Below are positions 33,401 to 43,875 of a stretch of DNA of 64,000 bases, piece after piece (the stretch's first letter is position 1; every line of letters starts with the position of its first letter). The translations under genes were made by a program, and so were the position numbers. The notes below the pieces were generated by a model. It was not told the origin of the DNA and searched no databases. It was given only the letters and a program-made list of their open reading frames with translations. The DNA comes from Rebecca billardiae RCC1528 (taxonomy: Eukaryota > Protista > Haptophyta): positions 1,426,001 through 1,490,000 of the forward strand of contig OZ251224.1 in the NCBI GenBank assembly GCA_965240325.2. Direction: 5' to 3'.

Positions 33401-34271
33401 GTGCTGCAAGTGCGCAAAGTGCGGCGTCCTGCTCACCGCCGCGCGCCAGGCGCGCAAGCACACCGGCGGCCCGTCGGCGCGGCAGGGCGTGCACGCCGTG
33501 CACGCGCAAGCTGGGCGCGTGCAGGGCTTTTGCGAGGAGTGCCACCGCGCCGACTTTGCGTACCGCTGCCTGCAGTGCGGCGAGCCGATCGACGGCGCGG
33601 AGCCGTGGGTCGTGCTGGCGAGCGCCGACGAGGAGGCGGCCGGCGGGCATGGCGCCGCCGCCGGCGCGGACGCGACGCCGCGCCCGTTCCGCAAGGTGCA
33701 CGCGTCCTGCCGCGATGCGTACCGGCAGGCGAGTGCGGACGTGTGCGTCGCCTGCCAGCAGCCCATCCTCGAGAGCTCGTACTACCAGAAGGAGGAGGGG
33801 CGCGTGCACCACTCGGGGGACTGCCTCGCGCGGTACCATGAGGCGCACGCCGACAGATGCGCCGGCTGCGGCCTCGCCATCCTGGGCAAGTATGTCGAGC
33901 TCGAGCTGGAGGACGGCGGCGGGACGATCCAGCTGCATGCCGATGCCGAGTGCAAGCAGCGGTACCTCGCGCAGCACGGCCCGCGGTGCATCGTCTGCGG
34001 CGAGCCCGTGCTTGGCAGCACGTTCTACTCGGTGGCGGCCGAGGACGGAGGCGGGGCCGCGGCGAAGGTGCACTCCGAGGCCGAGCGCGCAGACTGCATG
34101 CGGCGCCACAAGGAGAGCCGGGCGCCCAAGTGCGCCGTGTGCAGCAAGCCGATCTTGGGCGCGTGCTATGAGATGGACGGCGCAGACGGCAGCACGGTGC
34201 GCGTGCACGCAGAGTCGGAAGTGCCCGACTGCATCGGCGAGTATGATCGCGCGCAGGCCGCGCGTGCCTGA
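30426..34271 (+). CDS. N-acylated calpain (CysPc + domain III) with C-terminal LIM and half-LIM zinc fingers; probable in-frame intron 32782-32922
   Basis: MGCAQSK acylation motif. Catalytic triad QGALGDCYFLSA, GHSFAV, LCNPWG; also LEKAFAKLHGAY, DGIFWM, YNPRF. Repeated CxxC..PI...H..C fingers at the C-terminus. Confidence 0.92.
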   Translation: MGCAQSKPAASGGAGAPVVSADRRDGARTRTRSRTDVTSLSPDDIQLSEAAAPAPATSGAAARSDSTGAAPSATTGEKPKAHAVPVAPRKETQSAVSAKQPTPSEPPDARRRPSETVPAPAAGAAGGPPVHSRRPKPPRSHGAPAAARARSIASDTSPMPAAPATAAPAAEAPAARDVPSAAPHPSAAPTVPLLAASGHPPAAEPPRPASRAAPRAIGTGPAAPTAPPAAAAQQPVAPAVPPGATLEAEPAGGVSPRRAAAPPLAPPSKPAAPPAPPPAAELAAPPARASPRASAAAEAASPWPPAPAPAAPMRIQTPSHEPARAAAAAAAAELETPPATVPSTPVGSARGAPPRRGEVVLARPFGEWRAQARVPPTLAEALARAKAPFTDREFGGERALYCLDASRAPRSYLKGGTRAVAWVRAAELEPALELWGAAAAASTDGVKQGALGDCYFLSAIARLAAEPGTVERLLIDAGPGAIGVRLCDYDGWRTVLVDDRLAVDERTRLPLFCAPRAAERALWACALEKAFAKLHGAYQNIEGGAPSDALAYLTAGHTGTIRIRSVEHEAEGQAPSGTRWQDALWRRVVEMHQTARGGQRCVLLASDVAGSKARDIGDESAEPEEGGGGLLSSMVRKHALVPRKKRWPGIGEMNVIAETADDPGHSFAVLRVHEGLGHRLLRLCNPWGRREWKGAFSDKSSVWTAELKAEFGWDEAKGGHRDETDGIFWMPWADFLEQFESVSYAYVPAEAAPSVHVTSEWRAELTAGGVEALAGYNPRFVLSLNRARAPARAAGARDAAGSPARVAPSPLTHPPPSGLPSRRAPPLRTVPSGRAQVFLALTQPGVRHFGGGGHLEMYLQVFRVDTARAEQPPRLEDKLDGGEIAISHRRGSLALELDPGGGAKTFVLVASLWEAGWEGSFGLTVVLADAMGAPDARIAVRELEPSAPPEAHARLMRRPPVWESCATCRQPCPIGRGDDFEWFRGVRWHSGACCKCAKCGVLLTAARQARKHTGGPSARQGVHAVHAQAGRVQGFCEECHRADFAYRCLQCGEPIDGAEPWVVLASADEEAAGGHGAAAGADATPRPFRKVHASCRDAYRQASADVCVACQQPILESSYYQKEEGRVHHSGDCLARYHEAHADRCAGCGLAILGKYVELELEDGGGTIQLHADAECKQRYLAQHGPRCIVCGEPVLGSTFYSVAAEDGGGAAAKVHSEAERADCMRRHKESRAPKCAVCSKPILGACYEMDGADGSTVRVHAESEVPDCIGEYDRAQAARA

Positions 34272-34492
34272 GGACGGCGCGACACCCAACCGGTGGACTG
34301 GCCACTTGGGGTGGCGCGGCGTGGGCCTGGGGGGGCCGCCATCATTCTCATCGTATTAGGCTATTAGCAGTCGTCGGATTTTACGGTAGTAAAGTACGTA
34401 GCTGCAAATCGGCCAATCACGGCACAGGCGGGCGTGCCCGAATCCCTTGCTGCCGATCGCTCGCCAGCGCGGGGCGCGCTGATGAGCTAGAG

Positions 34493-35656
34493 ATGCTCGC
34501 CGCGGTCCTAGCGTCGGCGCTGACGCTCGCTGCATCCGTCGCGCTGTACTACTTCGACCGAGCATGGACTGAGGCGCGAGGGACGCTGAACGTGTGGCTC
34601 TGGCTTCGATGGGAGCACCGCGTTCTCGTGTCGGCTGTGCTGAGCGTCGTGGATGTGGCGGCCGACGTGCTCGTCGCTGTGACATGGATGCGTGAGCGCC
34701 ATGCACTGTGGGCGACGGCTGTGCTCGTGATCTTCGTCGCGAGTGGTGTGGCGAGCGGTCGGATGGTGTGGGTGACCAAGGATCGCAGGAATTCATTCGT
34801 TGGGGACGCATCGGCCTCTTCGGGCGAGCGATGGGTGCTCGCCGCGCTCGCGTGTGTGCACGTGAGTGTGCCGTTCATGGCGCTACGCCAGCTACTCGGC
34901 GGCGACCAGCCCAACATGTCCCTCATCCCTGGCAATCGGCGGTGCCTCTTTGCCGTGCTCAAGACGAGCGACGTTGTGCTTCGGTCGTGCCCCATGCTGT
35001 ACGTGCAGGCGCACTTTGCTCTGGAGCACGGGCTGGCTGGCGCACCGTTGCCACCGACGCTGTGGCTTGGACTCGTGTCGTCGCTGGCGTGCGCGGCGCA
35101 CGCGCTCAGCACGGTCGAGCTGAACAGCTGGTACCTGCGCGAACGCGTTGCAGAGGGCCGCTGGCAGGTGGCCGTCGCCACGGCGATGTACTTCGTGGTC
35201 TCACTGGCGCTCCGCGCGATGACACTCGCGGCTGCTGTCTGTGCCCTTGGCCGACTGCCTGTCGCGGCGATGATGGCGTTGGCCTCGGCGCTGACGTTTG
35301 GCATCAGCCTCACGGTCGACCACAAACGAGGGCGTGTCGAGGGCGCGATCGTCGACACCATCTTTGGCAGCCTCACCCCTCTGTACGATTACTCCTCCAA
35401 CCCATCCCGGCCGTCGCTGCAGCTGTCGTACTTTGCCACCTGCGCCAACGCGCAGGCCGTGCCCCTCGCGATCAGCACCTTCAACGCTGCGTGGCTGCAG
35501 GCACAGCCGGCGCTCCCCTGGGTCGCGTGGGCCTGCTGCTTCATCTCGCAGGTGCCGCTGTGGTTGGTCTACGTCAAGGCCAAATACAGCAGCTCGTCCA
35601 CAGCTGACTACGGACAGGGCAACCAGCACGCCGGCACGTTCCTCGAGCTCTTCTGA
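34493..35656 (+). CDS. XK-related (Xkr/scramblase family) multi-pass membrane protein
   Basis: Many TM helices; VVDVAADVLVA resembles the XK D..SD motif; LKTSDVVLRSCPMLYVQ is a divergent form of the E..LES.PQL.LQ motif. Confidence 0.62.
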   Translation: MLAAVLASALTLAASVALYYFDRAWTEARGTLNVWLWLRWEHRVLVSAVLSVVDVAADVLVAVTWMRERHALWATAVLVIFVASGVASGRMVWVTKDRRNSFVGDASASSGERWVLAALACVHVSVPFMALRQLLGGDQPNMSLIPGNRRCLFAVLKTSDVVLRSCPMLYVQAHFALEHGLAGAPLPPTLWLGLVSSLACAAHALSTVELNSWYLRERVAEGRWQVAVATAMYFVVSLALRAMTLAAAVCALGRLPVAAMMALASALTFGISLTVDHKRGRVEGAIVDTIFGSLTPLYDYSSNPSRPSLQLSYFATCANAQAVPLAISTFNAAWLQAQPALPWVAWACCFISQVPLWLVYVKAKYSSSSTADYGQGNQHAGTFLELF

Positions 35657-35981
35657 CTGACTCGCACCAGCGTCTGACACCGGCCGATGAGACAACGACT
35701 GTGTGGCGGCCCGGGGCGCCCGCCGGCGCCCGGGCCCTGGTAATAACTAGGCGGTGCCGCGGTGGTATAATGACCGCGTTCCGCGGTCCTTTTCCGTAGA
35801 ACCAACGCAGTTGGGGGCCCGCGGCGCAGTGGTTGAGAATGAGACCGTGACGTCGTCAATCCGCACGGTCTGGCGTCTGCCTGGCAGTCAGACAGGCAGC
35901 CGCACCGTCTCGGAGAGTGAGTGAGAGTCAGACCCGTCCGTCGGACTCGCGGCGCGTGAATGGGCGCGCCGACGGCCAAGG

Positions 35982-36780
35982 GTGGCCGGCACGGGACACC
36001 AGCGGACGGGCCGCGCGGGGAAGCGGGGCGGCGCGCGCGCAGGGCGAGAGGCGCGGACGGGCCGCGCGGGGAAGCGGGGCGGCGCGCGTGCAGGGCGAGA
36101 GGCGCCGCGCGGCGCGGGCCGGCGCGTGCGCGCGCGCGCGCGCACCTGCTTGAGGTGCTCGCGCTGCGCCATGCGCTCGACGAAGGGCCGCTGGTCGCTC
36201 AGCCGGCGCGCCTCGGGCCGGCATAGCGAGAGCGCGCGCCACTGCTGCCCGCCCACGCTGCGCAGCCACGCGCAGACCGAGCGGAGCTCGGGGTGGGACG
36301 AAGCGAGTGGCGTGTCGCGCCCGCCGCCAGGCGCACGCGTGCCCTGCTCCGCACCGCGCCGCCGTGCTCGCCCGCCGCCTGCTCCGCCGCGTCGGCCTCG
36401 AGGATGGCGGCGGCCAGCGGCAGGCTGAGTGGCGCGCGCTCGCCCACCGTAGCTTCGAGGGCCGTCCACACCTGCTCGAGCTGCTGCAGGGCGTGGACAA
36501 GGGCAGCGCGCGCGCCCAGCGCATCCGTGCCGCGTGACGCAGCGCGTCGAGCTCGGCGTCTCGCTTCGCCAGCTCGGCGCCCAGCGCCTCTGCGCGCACG
36601 CGTCGAGCTCGGCGTCGCGCTTTGCCAGCTCGGCGCCCAGCGCCTTCACGCGCACGTGCTCGTGTATCTGCGCGCGCACGGCCTGCGCGCCGCCGCCCAT
36701 CTGCGCGCGCAGACTCGGACTCGTCGCGGCTGGCTGCTAGGGAGTGCTAGGGTGCGCGCCGCGTAGTCGATGGCCAAGGC
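35982..36780 (-). pseudogene. Degenerate gene fragment with internal duplications
   Basis: Duplicated ALGAELAKRDAELDA coding segment (36541-36645) in shifted frames; ~50-bp tandem duplication at 36002-36105; no coherent ORF. Confidence 0.35.
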
Positions 36781-37414
36781 CTGCAGCCAGCGCGCCTGCA
36801 CCGAGAAAAGAAGGCGCGGCACGCGCGCTATAACCCAGTCCACGCAGACACGCGAGCGCGTGCTCGAGCGGCGCGCCGGGGGCGACCGTCCACGTCGGCC
36901 GCGCGGGAGCCGCAGGTACTCTCGCGTGCCTGCGCGACGCAGCGCGCACGCACAGCGAAACGGGCGCGGGGTAGAATTCAGGAGAGCGCCGCCGCCCGCG
37001 CACCACCCCACCGAGAGTGCGCACATGCGCACGCCACGACATGGCACGACATGGCGCACGATTGACGCAACGCCCGACAGACAGAAGCCTTCATCGACAA
37101 TCCGCGCGCGCCCGCAAACGCGGCCGCGCGCGCGGGCGGGCGCGCGGGCGTGCGTGCGCCACCCGCGCGGGAGGCGCCCGCGGCCGCGCGGGCGGCGCGC
37201 GCGCGGCGCGCGCTCCGCGCGGTCGTCCACACCGATGGCGGTCGATCGAGGGCTCGCCCCGTTTGGCGGTCGATTTTGATCGAGGGCTCGCCCCGTTTTT
37301 GGAGCGAGCGCGTGCCGCGCGCCCCCTGGCTCCCAACTGGGTATGATAATACCCACAATTACCCAAAATGACCTTATGCCCCCAACACCGTTATCATAGC
37401 GAGCCAATGTACTG

Positions 37415-38272
37415 ATATGATAGACTGAACGATAGTACCCACAATTACCCAATCAAGAGGCGATACAGCCCTTGCCTTGCTCGCTATGATATGATAGACT
37501 GAACGATAGTACCCACAATTACCCAATCAAGAGGCGATACAGCCCTTGCCTTGCTCGCTATGATATTACCGATTTCAGGCACCCGTGGAAGTCAATCGTC
37601 GAAGTCAGAATCAGTTCGGATCAGTTCTGCTTTGGTCCTTCATCCGAATCGATCGCGATCGAAGTGGGTCGCTTGCGATCGATTGTGATTGGCCAGATCA
37701 GTTCGCCGATCCAATCTCGATCCGAACTGAGTTGAACAGCTCATCATTCTGATTCGATCTCGATCGATCGGCGAACCTCGATTGATTGGGATCGATCGCG
37801 TTTGAGATCGAAACGATCGATTTACGAAACACATTCAACGAATCGATCGATACCTCATCATGACGCCTATGTATCACTTACAAAATTGCGACCGATTTAG
37901 CTGGTATCAGTCATCACAAAAGGCGAGCCATCGATTTGCTTCTTCGTGATCGATTGCGATTGATCACGATCGTTTGTGAATCGGAGTAGATGATCGATCA
38001 TGATCGAACGCACCCGCTTTGCCGATCGATGTCGATTATCGTGAGTTGTGATCGGGTTCGCGATCGGCAAATCGATTCGCGATCGAACTCGTGATCCACA
38101 AACGCGATCGATCTCGATCGATCTGAGCGGCACGATCGAAGAGGGTCAAAGTGAATCGCGATTGACTTCCACGGGTGCCTGAAATCGGTAATATGATAGA
38201 CTGAACGATAGTACCCACAATTACCCAATCAAGAGGCGATACAGCCAAAGGAAATACAGCCCTTGCCTTGCT
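37415..38272 (+). repeat. 74-bp tandem repeat, 3 units, third unit interrupted by a MITE
   Basis: Unit ATATGATAGACTGAACGATAGTACCCACAATTACCCAATCAAGAGGCGATACAGCC... at 37415, 37489 and 37563/38192. Confidence 0.9.
37566..38191 (+). mobile_element. MITE copy A (626 bp), 33-bp perfect TIR, TA TSD (Tc1/mariner-type)
   Basis: TTACCGATTTCAGGCACCCGTGGAAGTCAATCG with its reverse complement at the other end; TA on both sides; the empty site is visible in the neighbouring tandem-repeat unit. Confidence 0.92.
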
Positions 38273-38651
38273 GAATGTCTCGCACTATTGGAGTTGGTTG
38301 GACTCGGCTATAATGTTGATCAACTGTCGTTCTAGTGATGGCATCTTGCGGCCATATTATTTTACTATGGTCACACTACATTAAGGAGAGTCTACCCACA
38401 ATTACCCTGCCTCGCACACTTGGGCGTGGGTTTCGTTGATTCCTCTGTTCACTATTCAAGACGGCGGACGCGCCCTTTTTCGACGCTAATGCACCTGTAA
38501 GGGAGTCTCAAAATCGAAACTCGGTCTCCTCCAGCCCTAAAAAATCGCCCCCCGTCCCTTTTTTCTTGATCAAAGATCTTTTTGAAATGTGGTTCGGGCC
38601 CGCTGGTGCGGGCTCCACGCTGCGCGCTCCGCCCTGCACCGCGGGCCATTA

Positions 38652-39279
38652 TTACCGATTTCAGGCACCCGTGGAAGTCAATCGCGATTCACTTTGACCC
38701 TCTTCGATCGTGCCGAGCAGATCGATCGAGATCGATCGCGTTTGTGGATCACGAGTTCGATCGCGAATCGATCTGCCGATCGCGAACCCGATCACAATCA
38801 CGATTCGATTGGCTTCGATCGACAAAACGGATGCGTTCGATCGCGATCGATCATCTACTCCGATTCAACAAACGATCGTGATCGATCGCAATCGATCACG
38901 AAGAAGCAAATCGTTGGCTCGCCTTTTGAGATGACTGATACCATCTAAGTCGGTCGCAATTTTGTAAGTGATACATAGACGTCATGATGAGGTGTGAATC
39001 GATTCGCTGAACGCGTTTCGTAAATCAATCATTTCGATCTCAAACGCGATCGATCCCAATCAATCGAGGTTCGCCGATCGATCGAGATCAAATCAGAATC
39101 ACGAGCTGTTCAACTCAGTTCGGATCGAGATTGGATCGGCGAACTGATCTGGCCAATCACAATCGATCACAACCCACCCACTTCGATCGCGATCGATTCG
39201 GATGAAGGACCAAAGCAGAACTGATCCGAACTGATTCTGACTTCGACGATTGACTTCCACGGGTGCCTGAAATCGGTAA
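38652..39279 (-). mobile_element. MITE copy B (628 bp), inverted relative to copy A
   Basis: Same 33-bp TIR and TA flanks; interior is a slightly diverged reverse complement of 37566-38191. Confidence 0.92.
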
Positions 39280-39447
39280 TATATTGATTCCACCGTGTGA
39301 TTCGGCGGTCTGATTCTGGCAGCGTCGGATGCACTATGCCGCACACAGATGGCTGCGTAGTCGTACCGTCAGTCAACCATAATTCATAATCTCATCTAGT
39401 CATAGTCATAAGACATTAAAACCCCGCCGGGACGACTTGTCTAAATG

Positions 39448-40055
39448 GCGGACGAATCATCGCGTCTAAATTGTCGTCATCATTTATTCTGACATTATTC
39501 CATAAGTAGCAGTGCCGCGCGCCGTTCCGGGCGTTCGGGCCCGTTCGCCGGTTCGGCGGCCCCGACTGCCCCCCCGACTCCGAGGCCCGACCGGCCGACC
39601 GGCACCCGCCGTGATGCGCGGACGGGCCCGCGTGGGCGGTTCACGACTCGAGTGTGACACTGTCAAGTGACGACTAACTACATGGTGAGTGAGTGAGAGT
39701 CTTAAAACTGACTATAAGTATATAACGAGTGCGCGCGATCCCGCGATATGCGGACGAATCATCGCGTCTAAATTGTCGTCATCATTTCTGACATTATTCC
39801 ATAAGTAGCAGTGCCGCGCGCCGTTCCGGGCGTTCGGGCCCGTTCGGCGGCCCCGACTGCCCCCCCGACTCCGAGGCCCGACCGGCCGACCGGCGCCCGC
39901 CGTGATGCGCGGACGGGCCCGCGTGGGCGGTTCACGACTCGAGTGTGACACTGTCAAGTGACGACTAAGTACTCGACGACTAACTACATGGTGAGTGAGT
40001 GAGAGTCTTAAAACTGACTATAAGTATATAACGAGTGCGCGCGATCCCGCGATAT
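39448..40055. repeat. ~300-bp tandem duplication
   Basis: GCGGACGAATCATCGCGTCTAAATTG...GATCCCGCGATAT at 39448-39749 and 39750-40055, differing mainly by short indels. Confidence 0.93.
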
Positions 40056-40738
40056 TCGGATGTGAGTGTGTCATAGTGGGGGCAGAGCTCCGACCGTTAC
40101 ACGTTCCCGAGTGACACAATCTCCCGAAATCTCGAAATATGAAATATATCTCCTCGGTTTGTAACTGTTTGAGTCCGTTTAAGTTCGTTTAGGCTTAATT
40201 CCAGGGTGTAGAATCCGCCTAGGTGCCAATTTCAGACTGCCAAAGTGTGATCTAGACGGTGCGATTCTGGTGCAAATAGCGAGATCACCTTGGAGATCGT
40301 GTATCTCCCCTATACTAATGTTGCCGAGATCGCGTCGAGATTGAGGTCGTATTACGTATATCTCCAGTATGCTGTGACATTTTTTCGCAAAACTTGTCAT
40401 TGACAGCGTGACCCCAGGTCATTAATTCAGGCGAATATTGACATCCCGAAGTTTGAGAGCCTCATATCAAGACGACAGGAAGTTGGATTTTGGGCCACGC
40501 ACCCCCCAGTGGGCGGCTCCGTGACCCCTCCGAGTCAAGTCTCAAGACAGACAGACAGTATGTCTATGAGACTGCCAGTCACTCAGTCAGTGACGCAGCC
40601 GAACTGTTGATATACGCTGCATGATGCTGACGCCATACTTGCTGCTTGATTCCATATGAAATGCGCCCGGCGCCACCCGACGCTGCGAGCCCAGATGACG
40701 CTGCTTCATGCAGTCAACTCAGCGATGTCCGACACCGT

Positions 40739-41500
40739 TCACTTTGACTTCGCCTTGTCTGACGAGATGCACGGGGCACGACGCCGGTACGCAAACGAGT
40801 CCTCGCCCACGGCGTCGAGAAGGAACGAGGCGACATCCGCCCGAGAGATCGACCCCGCCTCGCCAGTGATCACCTGAATCGAGCCAGTCGGCGGTCCCAT
40901 CGTGAGGCCACCCGGCCGCACCACTGTCCACTCGAGTTCCGAGCCTGGCCCACTGAAGAAGAGCTCTTCCTGCTTGTTCTTATCCACAAAGGCGTCGCGC
41001 AAGATCGTCATCATGAAAAGCTTGAAGGCGATGGGCGCCTGGTTCTCACTGTCGCCGGCACCAATCGATGTCATCACCGCGACTCGCTTCACGCCGGTCG
41101 CCTTCATGGCGTTGATGATGTTTGTCGTGCCATCGGTCAGCATGGTCTTCCCGACGTCACCTGTCCGGCCGCCCAGGGCCACGACGACGCCGGTGATGTC
41201 GCCTCCGCCGTCCGCGAAGACCTGGTTCACGTCTGATGCACGCGTGACATCGCCCTGGCATACCCGTAGCCGATCAGAGGCCAGTTTCGATCCGGCCGCT
41301 GCTCCACCTGAGCCCTCCGGCACGACAAGACGTGACGGGGTACGCACAAATGCCGAGACTTTCGAGCCACGCTCAAGAGCCTGGTAGCAGGCCTCGAGAC
41401 CCGTTGCGCCAGTCGCGCCAAAAACAGCAATGTGGCCAGGGCCGCGTGCGCTGCTCATGAGGACGCCCGTGCCGAGCACGGTCAGGAGCGCGATGGGCAT
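40739..41500 (-). CDS. NAD(P)H-binding atypical SDR, flavin reductase/biliverdin reductase B-like
   Basis: IAVFGATGATG, AFVRTPSRL, QGDVT, WTVVRPGGLT, SISRADVA; short hydrophobic leader. Confidence 0.9.
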   Translation of the reverse strand: MPIALLTVLGTGVLMSSARGPGHIAVFGATGATGLEACYQALERGSKVSAFVRTPSRLVVPEGSGGAAAGSKLASDRLRVCQGDVTRASDVNQVFADGGGDITGVVVALGGRTGDVGKTMLTDGTTNIINAMKATGVKRVAVMTSIGAGDSENQAPIAFKLFMMTILRDAFVDKNKQEELFFSGPGSELEWTVVRPGGLTMGPPTGSIQVITGEAGSISRADVASFLLDAVGEDSFAYRRRAPCISSDKAKSK

Positions 41501-43284
41501 GATGCGCGGGTGAAGGGCGCCCGGCGGCGTGACGAGGTCGACAATGGCGGAGACCCCTGCTCTGCAAGTCTGCAGCCTTGTCCGGCGTTGTGCATCCCCT
41601 CGGGGAAATTGAATAACTCGAGGAAAAGGATCCGCGGCCCGGCCGTGCTACGCAAACGATATCCGCCTCTTCTGATCATCAACACCCACGGGTGACTGCG
41701 GCTACTACTCTGTCTCAGTGTCTGAATCGAACAGTGACTCAGTGACCAACTTAGCAACCAGGCATCTGATGAGGAGACTGACGATGTGCCCATGCGTGAC
41801 GACCAGCCGGGTTCATCGTGCGGCGCTGCAGCCTGGCCAGACCTGTGACTCCCACTGGGGACACGGCACCCAGGGTCGGAGAAAATCGGCGCGCTTTTTA
41901 TTTCCGCCTTGCATTTATTCCGCCGCGCGCTTCGCGGCGGCCGCGCGCGTCTTGGGCGAGCGGGCGACGGCGCCGCGCTCCCGTGCGTGTGGACGATCCC
42001 GCGAGCGCAGAGCCGGCGAGCTAGGCCGGGCAGTCGTGTTGAAGTGCCATTCGCCGCTTCGCCCGCGCTTTGCATTCGGCTGTACTTGCCTCGGGCGAGC
42101 ATGTCTGTGCACACCGCCACACGGCCAGCCTCCCCCGCGTGCGCCATGCGAGGCGAGACAAACACGGAGCATGCGCTTCCGCGTGGCGAGAAACTACACT
42201 GTACTCACTGCGCTGCCTTGCGCCGCCGCGCATGAGCGCGGGTCCGAACAGCTGCGTTCAGGTGTGCTGATTGCATCATACGATTCGATTGGTCGAACAA
42301 ACAAGCGCCCTGGCCCGACGACGACGTTGCAGCGCACGCCATGCTGATCTGCGGCGACGCGCAGCATGTGCGCTCGCACGAAGTCGCCGCGCACGTGGCT
42401 GTTGTTCCGCTCTGCCTCGGCACTGACCTCCCTGACGTGTGCTCCGACGTCAATCTTGGCCCGAGGCAGTACGAACATACATGCGTGCAATGCAAAACAT
42501 ACCTGAACGAGGCCCATGGCCTGCGTGTATGTGCCTCTTCGGATGACACGGCGCGTGTATGAATGTGTGTACTACCTTGTCAAGCAGTAGCTCACGCCTG
42601 GACGTTCCTGTCGAACTTCACGGTGCGCATCGCGCACACACGGTCAGCCTTGATGGACGCACCCGTGCAGCCGGAAGGAGGCATCAGCCTGCCCAAGACG
42701 TGAGCATCCAGCCCCGACGCCGCGTCCGGTGCCTGAATGGCGCGCGCTCCTTTCACGCGGAATGTGCTCACTACATCACTATGCAGAAGGGCGCATGTCA
42801 GTGCTTTTCATGCTCACACGACCCTCGCCGTAGGTCGATGCCAACGGCTGCGTGATGCTCGATCATGCCTTTTGACGGCTGTGTGACCCGTGCAGATGCG
42901 TATGCCAGGCAGCGTACTGTGAAGAGCGATGACGCGTGCATAAACTACCTGGACATCGCCCAGTGCAACCAAGTGCCGGACGCCGACGCCGCTGCTCGCG
43001 GCACGCGTGCAGTCAGCCGAGGAATGCACACGACTTCCTTGTTGGTGCGGCGCACGCGATGGCCTGAGGCGCGGCGGATGAAGTGACTCCGAACGGCGAG
43101 CGGCGGAACGACGCAAATGGCTGCTCTTCAGCCGCGCTCAACCACGCGCACCGCCTTCGCGGGCACGCAACTACCGCAGGAGGGCGCGCAGTCGGCGCCA
43201 ATCTCGCCCCTCCAGCGCCGCCCAGCGCGCTGTCAGCGCAGCCGCCAGCGGCAGAGGTTGGTGGTGCTCTGACGGCATCACCAA

Positions 43285-43609
43285 TGTCAAAGGGTGAAGA
43301 GAGCGACGGGGCCGTGAGGCCCGAGGCGTGACGCTGAGGCTCGTCGATGCGAAGGACGAGGAGCTAGGAGTTCGACTCGAGGTGCGGTGAAGCGACACGG
43401 AACTGAACTGCCCTGGCGAGGAAGGAATCCCGAGCCGTCTAAGACTGTGCTGGAGGCACTGATAGCCATCAACGGGTAAGTCGGGAAAGTGGCCATGATG
43501 GGCGCGTGTATGATCCCGACTCGATAATGAATGTCGGTGTAGTGTGACGGTTGGTGATCCGGGTGTGTACGCACGGGAGAGCGAGTCCGGGTAACGTTGG
43601 ATCTTGACA
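43285..43609 (-). repeat. 3' LTR of the Copia element
   Basis: 325-bp direct repeat of 47384-47708. Confidence 0.97.
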
Positions 43610-43875
43610 CCCCCACCCAATCGCAGCGGTGGTCGTACGAAACCTGGTCGACCCGAAGGGACTGGGTGTAGACGTGCGACCATCGTGTGATTGTAGATGA
43701 TGCGATGTTGCCGTATGGGATGCATGCGTCGGAGCGGTTGTCCGAGTAGACGATGTAGAAGTCGGGCGAGTCGGTGCCGGCAGCGTCTCCGTTCAGAAGA
43801 GACAACGTGAGGTCAATGTGCGTCCGACGAGCGGCGACCGATGTAGCACTGGGACTTCGTGTATGCGGCGAGGCC

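Noticed and set aside
37415-38272. Direct repeats as a possible CRISPR array
   Set aside because: Units are contiguous 74-bp copies with no unique spacers, there are no cas genes, and the context is eukaryotic.
35816-38647. 14-bp imperfect inverted repeat (GGCCCGCGGCGCAG / CTGCACCGCGGGCC) as ends of another transposon
   Set aside because: Short, GC-rich and without a flanking duplication; likely chance.
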